Part shown: piece after piece, positions 8,095 to 18,405 of the stretch | Position numbering within the stretch: position 1 is the first letter of the stretch | Layout of the letters: each line of letters opens with the position of its first letter | Source of the DNA: a bacterium | Lineage (GTDB): Bacteria > CLD3 > SB21 | DNA: 64,000 nucleotides | NCBI GenBank assembly: GCA_013360215.1 | Contig: JABWCP010000002.1 | Span: 177,816 to 241,815 of the forward strand | Direction: 5' to 3' | Notes under the pieces: generated by a model | What the model was told of the DNA's origin: nothing | Database searches by the model: none | The model's input: only the letters and a program-made list of their open reading frames with translations | Translations under genes and position numbers: made by a program

Positions 8095-9492
8095 ATGAAA
8101 CCAGGATTGCGTTTGTTAAGTCTGGGACTAAGCATTCTGTTGGCAATATCATCATGCGCCAAAAAAGAAGATGCTGTTCCCAAATTTAGTGTTCCGGTAG
8201 AATACCACAAACTTGAAAACGGGTTGAAAGTCGTACTTTCACCGGATGCCACAGCCCCGACAGCGACCGTTGCCGTGTATTACAATATCGGCTTTCGCAT
8301 CGAACCCAAAGATCGAACGGGATTCGCACACCTATTCGAACATATGATGTTCCAAGGTTCACAGAATCTCGGTAAAATGGAATTTATCCAATTGATTCAG
8401 CGTAACGGCGGTATTCTTAATGGTTCGACCCGTTTTGATTTTACCAATTATTTTCAGGTTGTCCCTTCTAATAAATTGGAAACCATTCTGTGGGGCGAAG
8501 CCGACCGTATGAAAGGCCTCGCTATTACCAAAGAGAATCTTAAAAACCAACAGGAAGTTGTCAAAAACGAAGTAAAAGTCAATGTTCTCAATCAGCCTTA
8601 TGGCGGATTCCCTTGGCTTGATATGCCGCAATATGCCAATACCAATTGGTACAATGCACATAATTTTTACGGCGACCTCAAAGATCTGGATGCCGCTACG
8701 CTTGAAGATGTTCAATCATTTTTCAAAACATATTATGCGCCCAACAATGCCGCGTTAGTGGTGGTCGGTGACTTTGAACCTAAACAAACGTTGGAATGGA
8801 TAAAAAAATATTTTGGCAGTATCGCGGCGCAACCCCAACCGGCAAAACCGGATATCAGCGAACCGGAGCAAACTGTAGAGAAAAAATCCAAAAAACAGGA
8901 TCCGCTTGCGACACGCCCTGCAGTAGCTGTGGCCTACCAGATGCCTGCCCGCAATACGCCTGAGTATTATGCCATGGGATTGTTGGATCAAATCCTTGTG
9001 CAGGGCGAAGACAGCAAACTACACCAAGCTTTAGTTCAGAAAAAAGGATATACGGGACAGGTTAGCGGCGGTATAAACTATCTTGGTAATATGTTTAACT
9101 ATAACGGGCCGATGCTTTGGATGATGGATCTTATTCACGATCAGAATGTTTCGGCCGACAGCATCATGCTCGAAGTTGATCGCATTATGCAGGAACTCGC
9201 AGAAAAACCTGTTGATCAGGCTACACTCAACCGCGCCTTAGTTAAAATGCGTTCATCGCTGTATGGCGAATTTAATCAAACCGGCGGATTGGGCAAAATG
9301 GACCTGCTTGCCTGCTTTGCCTTATTTGATGATAACCCGGCACGAATCAATACACTGGAAGACGAGTTTCGTAAAGTCACGCCGGAGCTTATTCGCGAAA
9401 CGGCCAAGAAATATCTGCGTTCAACCAATCGGACCATACTTTCGGTAGAAGCAACCAATGTGATGAAAAATAAAATGGGAGCCGCGCAATGA
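8095..9492 (+). CDS. M16B zinc peptidase, catalytic subunit (probable lipoprotein)
   Basis: Inverted Zn motif HLFEH, NGSTRFDFTNYF, YYAPNNA and lipobox-like AISSC. Confidence 0.92.
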   Translation: MKPGLRLLSLGLSILLAISSCAKKEDAVPKFSVPVEYHKLENGLKVVLSPDATAPTATVAVYYNIGFRIEPKDRTGFAHLFEHMMFQGSQNLGKMEFIQLIQRNGGILNGSTRFDFTNYFQVVPSNKLETILWGEADRMKGLAITKENLKNQQEVVKNEVKVNVLNQPYGGFPWLDMPQYANTNWYNAHNFYGDLKDLDAATLEDVQSFFKTYYAPNNAALVVVGDFEPKQTLEWIKKYFGSIAAQPQPAKPDISEPEQTVEKKSKKQDPLATRPAVAVAYQMPARNTPEYYAMGLLDQILVQGEDSKLHQALVQKKGYTGQVSGGINYLGNMFNYNGPMLWMMDLIHDQNVSADSIMLEVDRIMQELAEKPVDQATLNRALVKMRSSLYGEFNQTGGLGKMDLLACFALFDDNPARINTLEDEFRKVTPELIRETAKKYLRSTNRTILSVEATNVMKNKMGAAQ

Positions 9493-10868
9493 AATCCGTA
9501 AAATATATTCTAATACTGGCCGCCATGTTTATTTCTGTGGCCTTTGCTCAAAAAGAAACGCCCCCTAAAGGTTCAGCGCCAAAAGACTTTTCTCTGCCAA
9601 AACGTGAGACTATTTCGCTGCCCAATGGTTTACAAGCTTCGCTCATTCGCTACGGCAATGTTCCCAAAGCCATGATACGCGTCATTGTGCGTACCGGTAA
9701 TATTGATGAAAAAAACAACGAAACGTGGCTTGCTGATTTGACCGGTGAGTTTTTGAGTGAAGGTACCGCTTCAAAAAATGCCGAAGCCGTGGCTACGGCT
9801 GCAGCCAATATGGGCGGATCATTAAATATCAATACCGGACTGGACCAGTCATTTGTAGCCGGCGAAGTCTTATCGGAATTCACTCCGGATTTCATCAAAC
9901 TTTCGGCTGACGTGATTCGAAATCCTGCTTTCCCTGCTGCTGAACTCGAGCGTCTAAAATCAAAAATGCTTCGTGATCTGAGCGTGCAAAGCAGCACACC
10001 GCAATCCCAAGCACTGGAAAAATACAGCAAAGTGATGTATGGCGATCACGCGTATGGGCGTACTTTTCCTACCGAAGCCATGCTCAAGAGTTATACCCTT
10101 GATCAAGTAAAATCATTTTATGCGGCCAATTTTTCAGCTAAACGCACCCATATTTTTGTTGTGGGTGTATTTGACCCTGCTGCTGTAACTAAAGCCATAC
10201 GTGAAGCCTTCGGCGACTGGAAAGAAGGAACCCCGCCGACACAAAACGTACCTCAGGCTAAGTCCGAACGAACAATTTATCTGATTGACCGCCCCGGCGC
10301 ACCGCAATCTACGATAATACTCGGTTTACCTACGATGGATGCTTCCCATCCGGATTATGTTAAATTTCTCATCATGAACTCCATTCTGGGAGGATCATTC
10401 GGTTCGCGTATTACCAGTAATATCCGCGAAAACAAGGGCTACACTTATTCGCCTTTCAGCGCTATCACTTCACGTTATCGTAGCGCTAACTGGTCGGAAC
10501 AGGCGGACGTGACAACCGAGCATACCGGCGCATCTATCAAAGAAATTTTATACGAAATCGAACGCCTTAAAAAAGAACCTCCGGCTAAGGATGAATTGGA
10601 AGGAATTCAAAATTATCAGGCCGGAATATTCGTATTACAAAATTCAAACTTCAACGGTATCGTCAATCAATTAGCTTTCCTCAATTTGCACGGTTTACCG
10701 GATACATACCTTAGTAATTACGTTAAAAATGTATATGCCGTGACACCGGAGGATGTATCCAACATGGCTAAATCTCAATTAAAGGACGATGCTTATACGA
10801 TCGTCATTGTCGGAGACATTGCTAAAATCGAAAAACAGGTAAAAGGGTACGGAAAGATCGTGAAATAA
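9489..10868 (+). CDS. M16B peptidase, non-catalytic subunit
   Basis: Lacks HxxEH but has GGSFGSRI..NIRENKGYTYS (the R/Y substrate-binding pair). Signal peptide present; 4-bp overlap with the catalytic subunit gene. Confidence 0.9.
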   Translation: MKSVKYILILAAMFISVAFAQKETPPKGSAPKDFSLPKRETISLPNGLQASLIRYGNVPKAMIRVIVRTGNIDEKNNETWLADLTGEFLSEGTASKNAEAVATAAANMGGSLNINTGLDQSFVAGEVLSEFTPDFIKLSADVIRNPAFPAAELERLKSKMLRDLSVQSSTPQSQALEKYSKVMYGDHAYGRTFPTEAMLKSYTLDQVKSFYAANFSAKRTHIFVVGVFDPAAVTKAIREAFGDWKEGTPPTQNVPQAKSERTIYLIDRPGAPQSTIILGLPTMDASHPDYVKFLIMNSILGGSFGSRITSNIRENKGYTYSPFSAITSRYRSANWSEQADVTTEHTGASIKEILYEIERLKKEPPAKDELEGIQNYQAGIFVLQNSNFNGIVNQLAFLNLHGLPDTYLSNYVKNVYAVTPEDVSNMAKSQLKDDAYTIVIVGDIAKIEKQVKGYGKIVK

Positions 10869-10884
10869 TACGTTTTATTATCCT

Positions 10885-10919
10885 ATAGAAAAAGCACGCT
10901 TGTGGCGTGCTTTTTCTAT
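10885..10919. terminator. Bidirectional rho-independent terminator
   Basis: Perfect ATAGAAAAAGCACGC-ttgtg-GCGTGCTTTTTCTAT between convergent genes. Confidence 0.85.
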
Positions 10920-10956
10920 TTCTATACTTAAAAACTGAATTCAATCAACTTATTCA

Positions 10957-11538
10957 CTAATTATTTACTTTATTCAATCCTCGTAATCGCTCAATTTCTG
11001 CTGCCAGTGAAGAGCGACCTGAAACCGTAGTTACATCAGCGCTAAAAGACGCATTGACCATTTTTATGCTGTTTAACGAGGCCGGATAATTACCAAGCGC
11101 AAAATAATTAGCTGATTTAACTATGTAGATATCTGTAACATTAATCTCGGACCCATGGGTAAATGTCCACGTCGGAGAGGCGCTGATCAATATATCCGCT
11201 TGTGTATTGGATTCGTTATACATTTTTTTCGCGCTCAGTGCAAACGTATAACCGCCTGTCACATCTTCTGGAGGCAACGCTCCTTCGGATGACTCAAACA
11301 TGGTCACAGCTCGGCTAACCGAATCCATACGCAAAAGGGACCATGCCAAACCGTGCGCTGCTTCCGCATCGTTGGGATGATCCAGATAAACATTCAAAAA
11401 AATATCCCGTGATTCATAAAATTCGCCTGACTCAAAAGCCGTCCAACCTTTTTGGATGGGATCGGCAGAATCACTGCTGCCGCCGCATCCTGATAAACAA
11501 AATATCCCTGCTAAAAATATATATGTCAACTTTTTCAT
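10957..11538 (-). CDS. Hypothetical TPR-like lipoprotein
   Basis: Lipobox CLSGC with a Gly/Ser linker; helical repeats (KGWTAFESGEF..., AEAAHGLAWSLL). Confidence 0.75.
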   Translation of the reverse strand: MKKLTYIFLAGIFCLSGCGGSSDSADPIQKGWTAFESGEFYESRDIFLNVYLDHPNDAEAAHGLAWSLLRMDSVSRAVTMFESSEGALPPEDVTGGYTFALSAKKMYNESNTQADILISASPTWTFTHGSEINVTDIYIVKSANYFALGNYPASLNSIKMVNASFSADVTTVSGRSSLAAEIERLRGLNKVNN

Positions 11539-11553
11539 AGATTATACCTTAGT

Positions 11554-14481
11554 TTATTTGATTAACATCATTCGTTTGGAAAAAATACTGCCATCGCTTT
11601 CGAGGCGATAAATATAAATACCGCTGGCAACGGCTACACCTTGATCATTGCGCCCGTCCCATATAACACGATGCGTACCGGCGGAAAAAACACCTTGTGT
11701 CACCAATCGTATCCTTTGTCCGAGCGTATTATAAATCGTCAATCGTATATCTGATGGCTGATGAAGGTCAAATCGGATCGTCGTCGTAGGATTAAATGGA
11801 TTCGGATAATTTTGCGATAAACTCAAATTATGTGGTACTTTTTCAGAAATTTCAGAGCCTGTAGATTCTGAAATTCGAAATTTTCCAAGATGTTTGATAT
11901 TAGCCCTAAACAAATGACCGACTCTTTCGACCGGGATCTCTTCCCAACCATTAATTGTTTCAAATTCCATTTTTGGATTGCGCCATGCGTTCAATTCTAT
12001 GCGTGCATGCGATTGCAATTCGAGAGCATTTCCAAAACTGATAAAATCCATACCCGCTTCTTGTGACGCTTCGATAATAGCGAAACGCTCAGAGGCTATG
12101 GCTCGCGCCGGGACAAAGACGCTAAAACGGTTATCCATCGTTTGAATCCATGTAGGTTTATCTGCGGCAATGATCGCTACTGTGAATATTTTTTGAAGGC
12201 TTCCGGTGAAACCATTGGAATCTGAAAATGTCGCATTGATTTGGTATGTCCGCGTCGAATCGAAAACCCACGAACCGCGATAGACCCCCGGAGAAATTGA
12301 ATCGGATACTACAACAGCACTTTGTCCTGGAGCGAAAACAGTTTGCCCCGTAACCTGTATAAACGGTTTTGATCTTAGGTTAATTTCACTGACAGTAATC
12401 AAATCAACCGTATGCGTAGCTATCGGATTTTGCAAAACATACATTTTGGGTTGATCCTTGACATCAATAGTAAATGTCATCGAATCGGAACCAACTGGGT
12501 TGACCGATCTGATTTTGATGTTGTGAGATCCTAATTGCGACGATGTCGGTTTCCAAGTGATATGTCCCGCAATGCTATTAATAGTCATCCCCGCTGGTCC
12601 TTGTACCAGTTGATATGTTGCCGGTTGGGTAGGCGTGCTTACGTATTTTGAAAAAATACTTACATTCATCCCCACCATTGTCGCACGATTAGGCAAAGGA
12701 ATAATCTGTGGCTTTACCAATTGGGTTATAGAAAGAGTGTATTGCCTTTCTTGTGATCCATGAGAATTAACAGCGGACACACGTACCGTTTGATTACCGG
12801 TTTGTGTAGCGTTGGGAACCCACTGTATCAAGCCACTAACGGAATCAATCGTCATACCTGAGGGTGACTGAATGAGCCTATATACGGCTTTTGGATTAGC
12901 ATGAGCAAACAAAGTCGCTGTATACGATGAATCTACAAATGTAGAATTGTTAGATATCCATTTAAAATTTGGCTTGTACCCTAAACTAGTATCTTCAATA
13001 ATATCCACCGTTTGATTTACAGCTAAAGAGGTAGCGTACTGACGTATTCCTGATGGCCAGCGTATTTCGACCGAATCGACATTCGTAGCATCGGCCATAC
13101 CAAAATGCTGAATCTCTGCGCTATGACCGCTAAACGAATTTTGTGCTGACATTTGACGGGTTTGCCAACGGGTATGCCCCCCGATCGTTGCTTTGACGCG
13201 AATAATGGCGCCCCAAGCTGTATGGTTGGATACTTTGCCGGACAAACGAAAATTAATCCAATGATTCCCGTTCGTCAGATCGTTGCGGAAGAAATTATTT
13301 GCACCTTTAAAGGAACTATACACGTATAAATCCAAATCCCCATCTTGATCAAAATCACCGGCTGCCGATCCGCGTCGTGGATTTGTCCCGTTAGACATCG
13401 CCAGTGTATCAATCCGCGTAAAAGTCCCGTCATTATTATTTTGATAATATAGGCTGCTATCTCCGTTTTCATTTGAAATAAAGCAGTCCAAATCGCCGTC
13501 ATTATCAAAGTCTTCCCAAAGATTCCCCAAGGATACGTCTGCATCCGTTGCAATGGCACCGGAGGTTAGTTTTGTGTAGACTCCCGCGTCATTTCGATAA
13601 AAATGATTGGGTTGAATAGAGTTATTTCCAAAACCATAATTTGTTACATAAAAATCAAAATCACCGTCATTATCAAAATCGAACCAGTTAACATTTTGGC
13701 CATCGCGAAGTTCGCTTGCAAAATTATCTGTCATCCTTCTGAAAAAAGCTGTCCCCGTTTCCGATAACATATTTTTAAAATAAAAATCCGGACCGGCATT
13801 TCCTGTTGCCGGGCCGCTTCCTATAAACAAATCAATATCTCCATCCATATCGTAATCATACCAACTGGGAACTGTATATGGTCCTGTTTGAGATGTAATG
13901 ACTGACGTATCAATGCGCGTAAATTGAGCGTTCCCTTCATTGTGAAATAACAGATTACTGCTGTTTATACCATCAAAAGTAAATGGAGCTGCCATGATAA
14001 TATCTAATAAACCATCGTTATCATAATCACCAAGAGCGCCTGTCCAACCCGCATTCGGTTGACCTATTGATCCGGTACTAATGCGTGTAAATGTTCCACC
14101 GTTATTTAGGTATAAACCCGATCCACGTGTAGACGTGACTAAAGCATCCGGATCGCCGTCATTATCCACGTCGCCAAAAGAAATTCCTTTTCCTATTGCG
14201 GCATTAGATAAACCGGCACCCGGCGCTTGAGATATCGAAACGAAAACTCCCCCATCATTGCGATAGAGATGACCAATATGTGCGTACAAATCAAGGTCAC
14301 CGTCGCTATCAAAATCAATCCATGCCGACCCGTTATAATTATTAAAGGTCGGCCCCAACGAATCCGTAATGATGGGATTGGAAGTATCTGTGATAGGTAC
14401 GAACCGCATTTGCCCTAACAATGAACGTTCCGGCCAAACTATCACTAATATGATCCAGAATAATGGTAAAATTTTACGCAT
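11554..14481 (-). CDS. Secreted FG-GAP/CRTAC1-like beta-propeller protein with ASPIC/UnbV domain, two Ig/cadherin-like repeats and a FlgD-Ig/T9SS-type C-terminal domain
   Basis: Seven D-x-D-x-D-G-x-x-D Ca-binding repeats; HFG.....VDSVEIRWPSG; two P.GMTI....G.I.W.P repeats; QNYPNPFNPTTTIRFDL...WDG...SG.Y.YRL. ATG 14481 has SD GAGGTG. Confidence 0.85.
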   Translation of the reverse strand: MRKILPLFWIILVIVWPERSLLGQMRFVPITDTSNPIITDSLGPTFNNYNGSAWIDFDSDGDLDLYAHIGHLYRNDGGVFVSISQAPGAGLSNAAIGKGISFGDVDNDGDPDALVTSTRGSGLYLNNGGTFTRISTGSIGQPNAGWTGALGDYDNDGLLDIIMAAPFTFDGINSSNLLFHNEGNAQFTRIDTSVITSQTGPYTVPSWYDYDMDGDIDLFIGSGPATGNAGPDFYFKNMLSETGTAFFRRMTDNFASELRDGQNVNWFDFDNDGDFDFYVTNYGFGNNSIQPNHFYRNDAGVYTKLTSGAIATDADVSLGNLWEDFDNDGDLDCFISNENGDSSLYYQNNNDGTFTRIDTLAMSNGTNPRRGSAAGDFDQDGDLDLYVYSSFKGANNFFRNDLTNGNHWINFRLSGKVSNHTAWGAIIRVKATIGGHTRWQTRQMSAQNSFSGHSAEIQHFGMADATNVDSVEIRWPSGIRQYATSLAVNQTVDIIEDTSLGYKPNFKWISNNSTFVDSSYTATLFAHANPKAVYRLIQSPSGMTIDSVSGLIQWVPNATQTGNQTVRVSAVNSHGSQERQYTLSITQLVKPQIIPLPNRATMVGMNVSIFSKYVSTPTQPATYQLVQGPAGMTINSIAGHITWKPTSSQLGSHNIKIRSVNPVGSDSMTFTIDVKDQPKMYVLQNPIATHTVDLITVSEINLRSKPFIQVTGQTVFAPGQSAVVVSDSISPGVYRGSWVFDSTRTYQINATFSDSNGFTGSLQKIFTVAIIAADKPTWIQTMDNRFSVFVPARAIASERFAIIEASQEAGMDFISFGNALELQSHARIELNAWRNPKMEFETINGWEEIPVERVGHLFRANIKHLGKFRISESTGSEISEKVPHNLSLSQNYPNPFNPTTTIRFDLHQPSDIRLTIYNTLGQRIRLVTQGVFSAGTHRVIWDGRNDQGVAVASGIYIYRLESDGSIFSKRMMLIK

Positions 14482-14492
14482 AACACCTCGCC

Positions 14493-14526
14493 TACGTTTG
14501 TGATTAATTTTCCTTTTACAAACGTA
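14493..14526. repeat. Perfect inverted repeat TACGTTTGT-N16-ACAAACGTA upstream of the FG-GAP gene
   Basis: Read directly from the sequence. Confidence 0.6.
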
Positions 14527-14615
14527 AGGAAGTAGTAAAAATAATGATGTAACCAATACTGGTGAATTGATGCGAGGAGTATATTTACGCTACGTACATT
14601 GTAGCAGTAAAAAAA

Positions 14616-15233
14616 TCAAATAATACGATCTTTTAACGCTGTAATGACAGCTTCGGATTTGGAATTAACATTAAGTTTACGATAGATACTTTTGATGTGT
14701 GAATGCACTGTTTCCCAGCTGACGTGCATACTATCGGCAATCATTTTATAACTGTGACCTTTACAAAGAAACCGCAATACATCCGTCTCGCGTGCAGTTA
14801 AAATCGGATTTTGTTTTTTTTGGAAAGATTGAATTACAAGCCGTGCAATAGACGCACTCATCGGTACACCACCGGAGTTTATTTCTTTCACCGCATCCAT
14901 GATTTTATTAGGATGGGCTGTTTTGATCAGATAACCTGATGCCCCGGCACACAAAGCATCAAATACCGTTTGATCGTCCTGATGAACGGTTAAAATAAGT
15001 ATATCGGTATTTTCGCTACGTTTCTTAAAAAGCGGAATAGCCTCAATTCCGTTTATTCCCGGCAATTCAATATCCAGTAAAAGTACATCCGGTTTTTCCT
15101 TTTCTGCAGCTTCTATAGCAGTTTCTGCCGTGTTATAAGCTCCGACGAGTTTTACACCCCGCGTCTGAACGGCAATAAGTTCCAATCCTTCGCGTATATC
15201 GGGATCGTCTTCAACGATCATGAGTCGTATCAT
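14616..15233 (-). CDS. NarL/LuxR-family response regulator
   Basis: IVEDD, LLDIELPG, GASGYLIK and HTH LTARETDVL...G.SYK.IA..M.VS..TV.SH.K.IY.KL.V. ATG 15233 overlaps the kinase TGA. Confidence 0.95.
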   Translation of the reverse strand: MIRLMIVEDDPDIREGLELIAVQTRGVKLVGAYNTAETAIEAAEKEKPDVLLLDIELPGINGIEAIPLFKKRSENTDILILTVHQDDQTVFDALCAGASGYLIKTAHPNKIMDAVKEINSGGVPMSASIARLVIQSFQKKQNPILTARETDVLRFLCKGHSYKMIADSMHVSWETVHSHIKSIYRKLNVNSKSEAVITALKDRII

Positions 15234-18200
15234 ACAAACCATCCCTTGATTGTAGTTATCCAGTCACGTTTTTCCTGGAAATTGCGCGCTTCGGCATCAA
15301 TTGTCGGTAATAAACCGGTAAAGGTTATATGCGTACCCGCTGATTCGTTTGATTCTATACTCAGTAAACCATGTAGTTTTTGGGCGCGTTCTTGCATATT
15401 CTTTAGGCCATTACGTGTTGAACGAGTATTCTCCTGCGAGAAACCCATACCATCATCAGCCAAATGAATTGCAAAATGAATTCCTTCGATGATGATATGA
15501 AGACGGATGTGTTTGGCTTTTGCATGTTTTAAGGTATTGTTCATGGCCTCTTTGAAGATTAAGGTCAAATGACGCCGCCATTCCATCGTTAAATGAATTC
15601 TATCAAGTTGTTCGGAAAGTCCATCTACTTCAAAAACTATCTCCGTATCTTGAACGAGATCGAACCCAAAATCGCGAAGATTAACCATTACATCATACAA
15701 CGTGTCTTTACCGGGATCTAGCGCCCAAATGAAATCTCGGGTTGTCACTGACAAGGAAGTGGAAGTATCCGCCACTTTTTGTAAAAATTTTTTCGAATCG
15801 GCTTTATTTTCGTGTAGAGCACGTTGAGATAACTCACTAAAAAGCGTTATTTTAGTAAGCTTATGCCCCAATTCATCATGAAAATCTTTAGATATTTGTT
15901 CTCGCATGCGCTCTCGTTCGGCTAAACGGATACGCTCCATTTCGAGGGATTTGTCGACAGCACGTTTCGTCATAATACGATGAACAAACCAAATTAACAG
16001 GAAAACGGTCATTGCAACAAGGAACAAAAAGCTTCTTGTTTTCCAAAATGGCGGTCGAATAATAATTTGTATTGCGCCGATCTGCGAACTCCAAACACCA
16101 TCTCGATTCGTAGCGCGAACGGTAAGCGTGTATGATCCCGGAGCGAGGTCCGTATACTGCGCTTCACCCTTGTTTCCCGCATAATGCCAAGCCTTTTCCA
16201 AAGGTTCAAGGCGGTATTGATATTGATTTTTGTTCGGAGCGAAAAAATCCATAGCAGAAAAGGCAATCGAAAGATAATTTTCATCATAGTTGAGCTCAAT
16301 CAAACCCGAATCAATCGAAATTAATTGATTGAATTTTTTGGCTTGAACAATCTGCACCTGTGGCTCAAATAAATTATCTCGCAGTTGCTCTGATTTAAAA
16401 CAAACCGCACCTTGCACGCTACCAAACCATAACGTGCCATCGCGGCTTTGTAAGGCCGCTCCGATATTAAACATATTTCCCGGCAAGCCGTCATATTTAT
16501 CGTAATTTCTGAAAAAAGTCGGTCGATTGGGATCAAAACTACTGATACCGTTATGCGTACTGACCCAAAGTTTCCCATCAGGGCTTCCTAAAATACCGAC
16601 GATTACATCACTCGGTAATCCGTTTTTTTGGTTAAGAACTTTGAAATCGTCAGAGTTCTTTTCTTTATAACAAAGCCCATTATTTGTACCGGCCCAGGTT
16701 CTTCCGTTTTGATCGCAAAAAACGGAATAAACATAATTATGAGAAATGGACGTCGGGTTCTTTAAATCATGTGTAAAAAATTTCCATGGACCCTCTTGTG
16801 AAATCTGCAATAACCCGCCATAGGTTCCAACCCACATAGTCGAATCACTCGATTCATACAAACAACTTACCGAAGCTGAATTCATTATCGAATTAGTAGG
16901 ATCATAACGAATAAATGATTTATCGTTTTCATTGAAAAGATTCAAACCGCCGTCAAGCGTACCTACCCAAAGTCGTCCCTTTTTATCTCTAATGATGGAA
17001 GATATGGGAAAAGAATAACTAGTATCTTCTTTAGGAGAGATTAAAAATGTTGTTTTTATTTTGTTTTTTACACGAACCAACCCCGCTGTCATCGTACCTA
17101 TCCATAGCGTCCCATCTCTATCTTTCCAAAGCGCAGTTACCGAACGAGCGCTTTGATGAGATGCCGGAAAAATATCATTCCATAGTTCAATATTTTTGTT
17201 GACAATTCGAACCAACCCTCCATGGTGTCCTATCCAAACATCCGAAGAATCCGACAAAATGGCGTTGACGTAAATATCACCTGATCTATAATCAAACAAA
17301 TCTGTAAGTCTGTCAAACTTATGAAAATCCGGTGCATTTTTTTGCAATGCACCATTGGCCGTTGCAACCCACAACATAGAGGATTGATCCACAAGCAAGG
17401 CTGTCACCATATCAGTTTTTAAAGCATACGGTGCGTAAGACCAGTGATTTTTATTTTGAGATATGGTATTAGAATTAAAATCAAATTTGAATAAACCTTT
17501 TCCATTCGACCCGACCCATAACACATTATTCATTCTATCAACAGCTAATCTAAAAGCCGATAACGAATCGCATGCCACTTTTGTTGGAAAAGACGACTCG
17601 ACCCATTGATTATCTCTTAGATCAAATGTTTTCAATCCCACATCTGTTGTAACCCACAATAAATTATTAAGCTCTACGATATCGTATGCATTATAAAATC
17701 TCACCGTATCGCCGGACGCTCGCATCAAAGGAAAATACCTAAAAACATTCTCCGATTGATCATATGTAGCCAATCCTCGGCCAAATGCGCCAATCCAAAT
17801 ACGACCGTCGGATGAAGTGTATAATTTTTGAGGTGCCTGCGGTGCCGTTTGACGAGGTCTTTTAGGATCACGCACAAATCTTGTAAAACCCGAATCAGGT
17901 AATGTAAGATTCAATAGATTGACTCCGCCGGTGCGCGTCCCTATCCATAGCCTACCATGCTTATCACCCGTTATCGATAAAACGACATTATCACTGATTG
18001 ATTTTGCATCCGTCGAATCGTTGAGGTATCGAGTAAATACGCCGGTCTCAGGATTGTATCGGTTTAGCCCGCCCCCGTAAGTACCAATCCATATTTTTTT
18101 GAATTCATCTTCGTAAATAGCTACTACGTCATCGTGAGACAAAGATTGCGGATTTTCAGGATCATGACGAAAAACGATATTACTTCGCCCATCATAGCGA

Positions 18201-18376
18201 ATGAGGCCGCTGATCGTTCCGATCCATAGATAACCTCGGGAGTCCTGATAAAGTGCATATACAGACTGATACGATAACCCATCATCTAACGGAAGGCTTT
18301 CCAAACGAATACGATTGGTCTGTGCGCAAAGAAAAGCCGGTAAAAGAAAAATTATTAAATATTTCAATTTAGACAT
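15230..18376 (-). CDS. Sensor histidine kinase with beta-propeller (Reg_prop) repeats, Y_Y_Y domain and HisKA_3 kinase
   Basis: Repeated D..G.LWIGT..GGL blades, YQYRLE...YTDLAPGSYTL.VRA, TM helix, DFHDELGH, DDG.GF and GLKNMQERA. Confidence 0.93.
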   Translation of the reverse strand: MSKLKYLIIFLLPAFLCAQTNRIRLESLPLDDGLSYQSVYALYQDSRGYLWIGTISGLIRYDGRSNIVFRHDPENPQSLSHDDVVAIYEDEFKKIWIGTYGGGLNRYNPETGVFTRYLNDSTDAKSISDNVVLSITGDKHGRLWIGTRTGGVNLLNLTLPDSGFTRFVRDPKRPRQTAPQAPQKLYTSSDGRIWIGAFGRGLATYDQSENVFRYFPLMRASGDTVRFYNAYDIVELNNLLWVTTDVGLKTFDLRDNQWVESSFPTKVACDSLSAFRLAVDRMNNVLWVGSNGKGLFKFDFNSNTISQNKNHWSYAPYALKTDMVTALLVDQSSMLWVATANGALQKNAPDFHKFDRLTDLFDYRSGDIYVNAILSDSSDVWIGHHGGLVRIVNKNIELWNDIFPASHQSARSVTALWKDRDGTLWIGTMTAGLVRVKNKIKTTFLISPKEDTSYSFPISSIIRDKKGRLWVGTLDGGLNLFNENDKSFIRYDPTNSIMNSASVSCLYESSDSTMWVGTYGGLLQISQEGPWKFFTHDLKNPTSISHNYVYSVFCDQNGRTWAGTNNGLCYKEKNSDDFKVLNQKNGLPSDVIVGILGSPDGKLWVSTHNGISSFDPNRPTFFRNYDKYDGLPGNMFNIGAALQSRDGTLWFGSVQGAVCFKSEQLRDNLFEPQVQIVQAKKFNQLISIDSGLIELNYDENYLSIAFSAMDFFAPNKNQYQYRLEPLEKAWHYAGNKGEAQYTDLAPGSYTLTVRATNRDGVWSSQIGAIQIIIRPPFWKTRSFLFLVAMTVFLLIWFVHRIMTKRAVDKSLEMERIRLAERERMREQISKDFHDELGHKLTKITLFSELSQRALHENKADSKKFLQKVADTSTSLSVTTRDFIWALDPGKDTLYDVMVNLRDFGFDLVQDTEIVFEVDGLSEQLDRIHLTMEWRRHLTLIFKEAMNNTLKHAKAKHIRLHIIIEGIHFAIHLADDGMGFSQENTRSTRNGLKNMQERAQKLHGLLSIESNESAGTHITFTGLLPTIDAEARNFQEKRDWITTIKGWFV

Positions 18377-18405
18377 ATTTGCTTGGTAATCGTTGAGGCA
18401 TGATG

